Source of the DNA: Cereibacter sphaeroides 2.4.1
Lineage (GTDB): Bacteria > Pseudomonadota > Alphaproteobacteria > Rhodobacterales > Rhodobacteraceae
Direction of reading: 5' to 3'
Length of the DNA stretch: 32,000 nt
Assembly (NCBI RefSeq): GCF_000012905.2
Contig: NC_009007.1
Location: 1-32,000, forward strand
Under the pieces are notes generated by a model. It saw nothing but the letters and a program-made list of their open reading frames with translations, did not search any database and was not told the origin of the DNA. Numbering within the stretch: position 1 is the first letter of the stretch; the number at the start of each line of letters is the position of its first letter. Positions 16,653 to 23,900 of the stretch are shown here, piece by piece. Made by a program: the position numbers and the translations under genes.

Positions 16653-18823
16653 GACAGATGCTCGGTCTGCTGGCGCCAGAGATGGGCATAGATCTCGCAG
16701 CCCGCGAGCAGCGCCTCGTGCGGGGCGAAGGCCACGAGCCGGCCCTGGTCGAGCACCGCGATCCGGTCGGCGCGCACGAGGGACGAGAGCCGGTGCGAGA
16801 CCACGATCATGGTCCGGCCGCGGGCGATGGCGGCGAGGTTGCGGTTGACCACCGCCTCGGACTCGGGGTCGAGCGCGCTCGTGGCCTCGTCGAGGATCAG
16901 GATGCGCGGATCGGTGAGCAGCGCGCGGGCGATCGCCACCCGCTGGCGCTGGCCGCCCGAGAGGTTCGCGCCCCCCTCCTCGACGGGCGTGTCGAAGCCC
17001 CGCGGCAGGCGGCGGATGAATTCGTCGGCCCCCGCAAGGGCGGCCGCGCGCACCACCGCCTCGAGCCCGGCCTCGGGGCGGGCGAGGGCGATATTCTCGC
17101 GCAGCGTGCCGCGGAAGAGCAGATTGTCCTGCAGCACGATCCCCACCTGCCGCCGCAGAGGGCCGAGCGCGATGCTGCGGATGTCGATCCCGTCGAACAG
17201 GATCAGCCCGGCCTGCGGGGTCTCGATGCCCTGGATGAGCCGGGTGAGCGTGGTCTTGCCCGAGCCCGAGCGCCCGACGATGCCGATCACCTGCCCGGGC
17301 TCGATGGCGAGGCTCACCTGATCGAGCGCGGGCGTGGCGGCGCCGGGATAGGCGAAGCTCACCCCCCGGATCTCGAGCGCGCCGGTGAGGGCGGGGCGGG
17401 CGAGGGCGGCGGTGTCGGGCCGTTCGGGCGGATGATCCATGATCCGGCGCAGCATCCCGATCGACAGGGCGGCCTCCTGCCATTCGTTGACGAGCCCCAC
17501 GATCTGGACGAGCGGCCCGCTGACCCGCCCGGCCAGCATCAGCACCGCCACGAGCGTGCCCACCGTGATCGCGCCCTCGAGCGCCAGCGCCACGCCGAAG
17601 GCCACCACGCTCACCTGCATCAGCCGCTCGAGCAGGCTGGTGAGCGTGCTCGTGACGGCCGAGACGCGGCCCAGATCCCACTGCCGGCGCACCGAGAGGG
17701 CGAGGCTCTCCTCCCAGAGCGCGCCGCGGGCGGGCTCGACCGCGAGCGATTTCACCGCGCGCATGTTGTGCAGCGTCTCGACCAGAAGCGCCTGCCGCTC
17801 GGCCTCGACCGCATAGACCGCGTTCAGCCGCCGCTGGAGGAGCGGCAGCATGAGGGCGATGCAGCCCGCGATGGCGATCCCGTAGGCCGCGATCACCAGC
17901 GCGAGCCGGCCCGACAGGAAGGCCAGCGTGGCGAAGAGCACGGGCAGGAGGGCCGCGTCGAGCAGGGTCTGCAGCAGCCGCCCGGTCAGGAACTGGCGGA
18001 TCCTGTCGGTCTGCTGGATGTTGCGCGCGAGCACGCCCGCGGGCGTGGTCTCGAACAGCGTCATGGGCAGCGAGAGCAGATGGGCCACGCTCTCGGCCCC
18101 CAGATGGGCGTCGATCCGGCCGCCCGCGATCTGGCTCAGCCGCTGGCGGACATAGCCGAAGCCCGCGTCGAACAGCGCCAGCAGCACGAAGACCGCGGCG
18201 ACCGCGGCGAGCGTGTTCCAGGCCCGGTAGGCGATCACCCGGTCGATCATCGCCTGCATGAGGAGGGGCAGCGCGTAGGAGATCAGGTTGCCGATCACCA
18301 CCGCCACCGCGACGCCGAGAAAGAGCCCCTTCTCGCGCGCGAGCGCGGGCAGGAACCAGCGCAGCCCGAAGGCGGTCTCGGCGGCCCTCGGCCGGTCGGG
18401 GCGCCCGATCAGGATCAGCCGGCCGGTCCAGTCCCGGGCGAAGTCCTCCCAGGGCAGGGGCTGCACCCCCTGGGCCTCGTTCCGCGGATCGAGGAGGGCC
18501 ACGGTCCGCGCGCCCTCGGCCCCGCCCGCATGGACCAGCACCGCCCAGTGCCCGCCCCGCAGCTCCGCCAGCGCGGGATAGGCCTGCCCGAGCCGCGAGG
18601 CGGTGCGCCAGCCCGCATCGGCCAGCAGCCGGCAGCGCAGCCCCTTGCCGCCCAGAAGCCGCAGCAGATCGGGCGCGAAATCGCCGGTCTCGAGCGGGGG
18701 CAGCTCGTCGGGGCCGAGCAGCACCCCGTGATGGGCCGCCACCAGAAACACCGCGCGCAGCGTCGACAGCACGGGCGTGTCGAGCGCGATGGACCCGGGA
18801 AGCTGGGAATCGAAGGCTGCCAT
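16649..18823 (-). CDS. Type I secretion ABC exporter (HlyB-type) with N-terminal C39-like domain
   Basis: 724 aa: a ~140-aa N-terminal peptidase-C39-like domain, a 6-TM exporter domain and an NBD. Walker A is [10 protein letters not shown], the signature is [15 protein letters not shown], Walker B is ILILDEATSALD, and the H-loop is VSHRL. At the position of the C39 catalytic Cys (D-C-G) this protein reads D-T-P. Confidence 0.92.
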   Translation of the reverse strand: MAAFDSQLPGSIALDTPVLSTLRAVFLVAAHHGVLLGPDELPPLETGDFAPDLLRLLGGKGLRCRLLADAGWRTASRLGQAYPALAELRGGHWAVLVHAGGAEGARTVALLDPRNEAQGVQPLPWEDFARDWTGRLILIGRPDRPRAAETAFGLRWFLPALAREKGLFLGVAVAVVIGNLISYALPLLMQAMIDRVIAYRAWNTLAAVAAVFVLLALFDAGFGYVRQRLSQIAGGRIDAHLGAESVAHLLSLPMTLFETTPAGVLARNIQQTDRIRQFLTGRLLQTLLDAALLPVLFATLAFLSGRLALVIAAYGIAIAGCIALMLPLLQRRLNAVYAVEAERQALLVETLHNMRAVKSLAVEPARGALWEESLALSVRRQWDLGRVSAVTSTLTSLLERLMQVSVVAFGVALALEGAITVGTLVAVLMLAGRVSGPLVQIVGLVNEWQEAALSIGMLRRIMDHPPERPDTAALARPALTGALEIRGVSFAYPGAATPALDQVSLAIEPGQVIGIVGRSGSGKTTLTRLIQGIETPQAGLILFDGIDIRSIALGPLRRQVGIVLQDNLLFRGTLRENIALARPEAGLEAVVRAAALAGADEFIRRLPRGFDTPVEEGGANLSGGQRQRVAIARALLTDPRILILDEATSALDPESEAVVNRNLAAIARGRTMIVVSHRLSSLVRADRIAVLDQGRLVAFAPHEALLAGCEIYAHLWRQQTEHLS

Positions 18824-18937
18824 ATCGTCCTGTGTAGGCGGCGGGCCTTAAGGCTCCGTTTCCCTCATCCCCGGGCGGGCGCGAGATCCCTCCCGGGTCC
18901 GGCGCCTGTCGCGCGGAGGAGGCCGGACGTCCGGGCC

Positions 18938-20710
18938 TCAGGCGCGGCGGGCGACCGAGAGCAGGGCCGCCTCGAAACGGCGGGTGAAATCGCGGCAGTC
19001 GCCCAAGGTGAGGCTCCAGCGCTCGGCGAGGGCGGGCCCCGTCAGGGCGGGGGCCGCCGCCGGGTCGGTGGCGATCGCCACAGCGCGGGCGACATAGGCC
19101 TCGAGGTCGGGGGCGATGCAATCTTCCAGCCCCACCGCCGTGAGGAGGCTCGCCGCCATCCGGCCCGAGAAGGTCCGCCCCGCGAGCGTGAGCAGGGGCA
19201 GCCCCATCCGGAGCGCGTCCGAGGCGATGGTCCCGGCATTGTAGGGCATCGTGTCGAGAAAGAGGTCGGCCAGCGCCAGCCGCGCCCGGTAGCGGGCGGG
19301 ATCGACGCGGGGGGCAAAGATCAGCCGGTGGGGGTCTAGGCCCGCCGCCTGCCAGCGGCCGGCCAGCGCCGCCTGCCCCTCGGGCGTATCCGCGACGAGC
19401 CACAGGACCGACCCCGGCACGGCCGCGACGATCCGGCACCAGGCGGCGAAGAGGGGCTCGGTGATTTTGTAGAAATGCGAGGCGCAGGCGAAGACGAAGG
19501 CGGCCTCCGGCAGGCCCTCGCCCGGGCGGTCGACGGCGGGCAGCAGGGGCCGTTGCCCGTCGTTGGCCTGATAGCAGCCCTCGAGCCGGAGCGGGGCCGG
19601 GCGGTAATGGGCGGCCTCGGCCTCGGGCACGGTCACTCGGTCGCAGATCAGCCAGTCGAGCTCGGGCAGCGGGACCGGCCCGATATAGCCCAGATAGGTC
19701 GCCTGCACCGGGGCGGGCTTCCAGCGCAGGATGCCCGGCCGGGCGCCGCGGGTCAGCCCGTTGAGATCGATCAGCAGGTCGATCTCGTCGGCGCGGATGC
19801 GCCGGGCCGCGGCCTCGTCGGAGAGGGGGCCGATCGGCACATGCCGGTCGAGGGCGGCGAGCACCCGCGCGCGCTCGGGGCTGCCGTCCTCGGGCGAGGC
19901 GCAGTAGCCCACCACCTCGAACCGGCTGCGGTCGTGGCGCTCGAGCAGTTCGGCGATGAGGAAGCTCATGGCGTGGCGGCAGAAGTCCGACGAGAGATAG
20001 CCGAGCCGCAGCCGGTCGTGGCGGTAGCCCCCGGCCGGGGCGAGCCGAATGCCCGGATCGGGCACATGCCGGGCGATCCAGGCCGCGGCCACCTCGCCCT
20101 GCCGAAGGGGATCGTCATGCAGCGCGAGGGTGGCGAGCGGGCCGCACTGCAGCTCGGCCTCGGCCTCGGTCAGGCCGGGGACGGCGAGCCGGGCCGGGGG
20201 CCAGGCCGCCATCTTCTGGCGGGCATGGACGAGATGCTGCACCACCTCGGGCTGGCGGGGATCGAGGAGAAGCGAGGCCCGCAGCTCCTCGGCGGCCTCC
20301 GCGAGCCGGCCCTCGGCCTCGAGCATCCGGCCGAGCTGGCGGTGGAGCTGGCGCCGCCCCTCGGCCGGGGGCAGCACCTGGCGCAGGAAGGCCAGCGCCT
20401 GCGTCCGGTCGCCCTGCGCCTCGGCCGCCTGACCGGCCGCGAGGGCCGCCTGCCACAGATCCGGCTTCTGGCGGAGCGCGGTGGCGGCCGCGCCGAGCGC
20501 CCCCTGCGGCTCGCCCGCAGCCTCGAGCAGCACCGCGAGATTGAACCAGGCGATCCAGGCGTCGGGCCGCTCGGGATGGAGCGCGAGCCAGCGGCGGTAG
20601 ATCTCGATCGCCGCGGCGGGGGCGGCCTCGGCCAGACCCACCAGCTGCTCGGCCGTGAGCGGGGGAGAGACGGAGCCGATGGGCAGGATCGGGGCGGGCT
20701 GCACCGTCAT
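18938..20710 (-). CDS. TPR-containing GT41-family glycosyltransferase (O-GlcNAc transferase / SPINDLY-like)
   Basis: ATG at 20710 with GAGGAG ~7 nt upstream (the track ORF starts at GTG 20734). The N-terminal ~190 aa are TPR-like. The C-terminal catalytic region aligns by eye with eukaryotic OGT motifs as I recall them: LRLGYLSSDFCRHAMSFL vs VGYVSSDFGNHPTSHL (catalytic His), PVQATYLGYIGP vs PIQAMWLGYPGT, FYKITEP vs LYKIDP (UDP-binding Lys), and LFLDTMPYNAGTIASDALRMGLPLLTLAG vs [29 protein letters not shown]. Confidence 0.85.
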   Translation of the reverse strand: MTVQPAPILPIGSVSPPLTAEQLVGLAEAAPAAAIEIYRRWLALHPERPDAWIAWFNLAVLLEAAGEPQGALGAAATALRQKPDLWQAALAAGQAAEAQGDRTQALAFLRQVLPPAEGRRQLHRQLGRMLEAEGRLAEAAEELRASLLLDPRQPEVVQHLVHARQKMAAWPPARLAVPGLTEAEAELQCGPLATLALHDDPLRQGEVAAAWIARHVPDPGIRLAPAGGYRHDRLRLGYLSSDFCRHAMSFLIAELLERHDRSRFEVVGYCASPEDGSPERARVLAALDRHVPIGPLSDEAAARRIRADEIDLLIDLNGLTRGARPGILRWKPAPVQATYLGYIGPVPLPELDWLICDRVTVPEAEAAHYRPAPLRLEGCYQANDGQRPLLPAVDRPGEGLPEAAFVFACASHFYKITEPLFAAWCRIVAAVPGSVLWLVADTPEGQAALAGRWQAAGLDPHRLIFAPRVDPARYRARLALADLFLDTMPYNAGTIASDALRMGLPLLTLAGRTFSGRMAASLLTAVGLEDCIAPDLEAYVARAVAIATDPAAAPALTGPALAERWSLTLGDCRDFTRRFEAALLSVARRA

Positions 20711-20962
20711 GGGGATCTCCTCGGTTTGCGGCACCTTCGCCGCTTCCGGTTAAGGGAGTCCTCATGCCGGGCCTGACCTCTTCCGTGTGCGCCGCGAGCC
20801 CGCTTCAATTTTAGGAGGAAACGCGCGGTCGCGGCGGGCGGCGTTAGGACTTTCCTTACCGCCGCTCGGAAGAATGCCGGAAATCACGGAGGCCAGCATG
20901 GCTCCGCATGCTGGTGGATGCGCCCAGGAAATGCGTGCGCCCCGCCCCATAGGGTGAGTGTG

Positions 20963-23900
20963 ATGACCGACTTCAGCAGCAAGACCACAGCAGAGATCGC
21001 GGCCCTGACGAGCGCCGAGGTCGCCAGCATGTCGAGCCAGGATCTGGCCGCCCTCTCCACCGCCCAGATCGCGGCGCTCACCGCCCAGCAGATCGGCTGG
21101 GTCAAGGCGGCGTCGCTGAAGGGGTTGGGGGATGCGCAGGTGGTGGCGCTGACGACGGCGCAGGCGGCGGCGCTCGGCTCGGCGCAGCTGGCCGCGCTGA
21201 CGACGGCGCAGGTGGCGGCGATGGAGACGGCCGATCTCGCGGCGCTCTCGGCCACGGGGGTGGCGGGGCTGACTTCGGCGCAGCTCGGGGGGCTCTCGAC
21301 CGGTCAGGTGGCGGCCCTCACCACGGCGCAGGTCGCGGCCCTGTCCAGCGTGGCGGTCAAGGGTCTGGGCTCGGTCCAGGCCTCGGGTCTCACGACGGCC
21401 CAGGTGGCCGCCCTGTCGACCGCCCAGCTCAAAGCCTTCTCGACCGCGGGCATGACGGGGCTCGGCACGGCGCAGATCGTGGCGCTCTCGAGCGCGCAGG
21501 CGGCGGTGCTCGGCTCGGCACAGGTCGCGGCGCTCACGACGGCGCAGGCGGCGGCGATGGAGACGGCCGATCTCGCGGCCCTCACCAGCGTGGCGGTGAA
21601 GGGGCTGAGCTCGACCCAGGTGGGCGCGCTGACCACGGCGCAGGTGGCGGCGCTGACCACGGGACAGCTCGGCGCGCTCTCGACCGGGGCGCTGAAGGGC
21701 CTGACCACGGCGCAGGTGGTTGCCCTGACCACGGCGCAGGCGGCCGGGCTCGGCTCGGCGCAGGTGGCGGGCCTCTCGAGCACGCAGATCGCGGCGCTGG
21801 AGACGGCGGATCTGGCCGCCCTCTCCTCGGCGGGGCTGAAGGGGCTCGGATCGGCGCAGGCCGCGGGCTTGACGACGGCGCAGGTGGCGGCGCTCACGAC
21901 GGCTCAGGTGGGCCAGCTTTCGAGTGCCGCGCTGAAAGGGCTCGGCACGGCGCAGGTGGTGGCACTGACGACCGCGCAGGCGGCGGCGCTCGGCACGGCG
22001 CAGGTGGGCGCGCTCTCGACCGCACAGGTGGCGGCGCTCGAGACCGTCGATCTCGCGGCGCTCTCGACGGCGGCAGCGAATGCCCTGACCTCGGCTCAGG
22101 CCGCGAGCCTCACGACGGCGCAGGTGGCCGCGCTGACGACGGCGCAGGTTGCGGCGCTCTCGACGGGGGCGGTGAAGGGGCTGAGCTCGACCCAGGCGGG
22201 CGCGCTGACCACGGCACAGGTGGCGGCGCTGACCACAGGACAACTGGGCGCACTCACGACGGCGGCGCTGAAGGGCCTGACCACGGCGCAGGTGGTGGCA
22301 CTGACCACGGCGCAGGCGGCGGGGCTCGGCTCGGCGCAGGTGGCGGGGCTCTCGAGCACGCAGATCGCGGCGCTGGAGACGGCGGATCTGGCCGCGCTTT
22401 CCACGACGGGGCTGAAGGGTCTGGGCTCGGCGCAGGCCGCGGGCCTGACCACGGCGCAGGTGGCGGCGCTCACCACGGCTCAGGTGGGCCAGCTCTCGAG
22501 TGCCGCGCTGAAAGGGCTCGGGACGGCGCAGATCGTGGCGCTGACGACGGCGCAGGCGGCGGCGCTGGGGTCGACGCAGGTGGCCGGGCTCTCGACCGCG
22601 CAGGTGGCGGCGCTGGAGACGGCCGATCTCGCGATGCTCTCGACCGCGGGGGTGAAGGCGCTGAGCTCGACGCAGGTGGGCGCGCTGACGACGGGGCAGG
22701 TGGCGGCCCTGACCACGGCGCAGGCCGCCCAGCTCTCGACGGCGGCGCTGAAGGGCCTGAGTTCGACGCAGGTGGCGGCCCTGACGACGGGGCAGGTGGC
22801 GGCCCTGACCACGGCCCAGCTCGGCGCGCTGACGACGGCGGCGCTGAAGGGCGTGACCACGGCGCAGGTGGTGGCGCTGACCACGGCGCAGGCGGCGGGG
22901 CTCGGCTCGGCGCTGCTGGCGGGCCTGTCGAGCACGCAGATCGCAGCGATCGAGACGGCGGATCTGGCCGCGCTCTCCACCACCGGGCTGAAGGGTCTGG
23001 GCTCGGCGCAGGCGGCGGGCCTGACCACGGCGCAGGTGGCCGCCTTCACCACGGCGCAGGTGGGGCAGCTTTCGACGGCGGCGCTGAAGGGGCTCGGCAC
23101 GGCGCAGGTGGTGGCGCTGACCACGGGCCAGGCGGGGGCGCTCGGCTCGGCGCAGGTGGCGGGTCTCTCGACCGCGCAGGTGGCGGCGCTCGAGACGGCC
23201 GATGTCGCGGCGCTCTCGACGGCGGGGGTGAAGGGCGTGGGCTCGGCGCAGGCGGCGGCCCTCGGCTCGGCGCAGGTGGCAGCGCTGACGACGGCGCAGG
23301 TGGGCCAGCTTTCGACCACGGCCCTGAAGGGCTTCGGCTCGGTGCAGGCTTCGGGTCTCACCACGGCGCAGGTGGCGGCGCTGACCACGGCGCAGCTCTC
23401 GCAGCTCTCGACGGCGGCGGTGAAGGGGCTCGGCACCGCGCAGATCGTGGCGCTGACCACGGGCCAGACGGCAGCGCTCGGCTCGGCGCAACTGGGCGCC
23501 CTCTCGACGGCGCAGGTGGCGGCCTTCGAGACGGCGGATGCCGCGGCGCTGACCACGACGGCGCTGAAGGGGCTGACCACGGCGCAGGTGGTGGCGCTGA
23601 CGACGGGTCAGGCGGCGGCGCTCGGCTCGGCGCAGGTCGCGGGCCTGTCGAGCACGCAGATCGCGGCGCTCGAGACGGCGGATCTCGCGGCCCTGACCAC
23701 CACGGCGGTGAAGGGCCTGGGCTCGACGCAGGTTTCGAGCCTGACGACGGGGCAGGTGGCGGCGCTCACCACCGTGCAGGTGGCGGCGCTGAGCACGGCG
23801 GCCGTGAAGGGCGTGGGCTCGGTGCAGGCCTCGGGGCTGACGACGGCGCAGGTGGCGGCGCTGACCACGGCCCAGGTGGCCCAGCTCTCGACGGCGGCGC

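Noticed and set aside
16653-19439. N-terminal 929 codons of the 1,361-aa minus ORF that ends as the HlyD-family protein
   Set aside because: This part overlaps the ABC exporter and the GT41 3' end in another frame and translates to Arg/Pro/Gly low-complexity sequence. The HlyD-like sequence begins at the ATG at 16652, which forms an ATGA overlap with the ABC stop.
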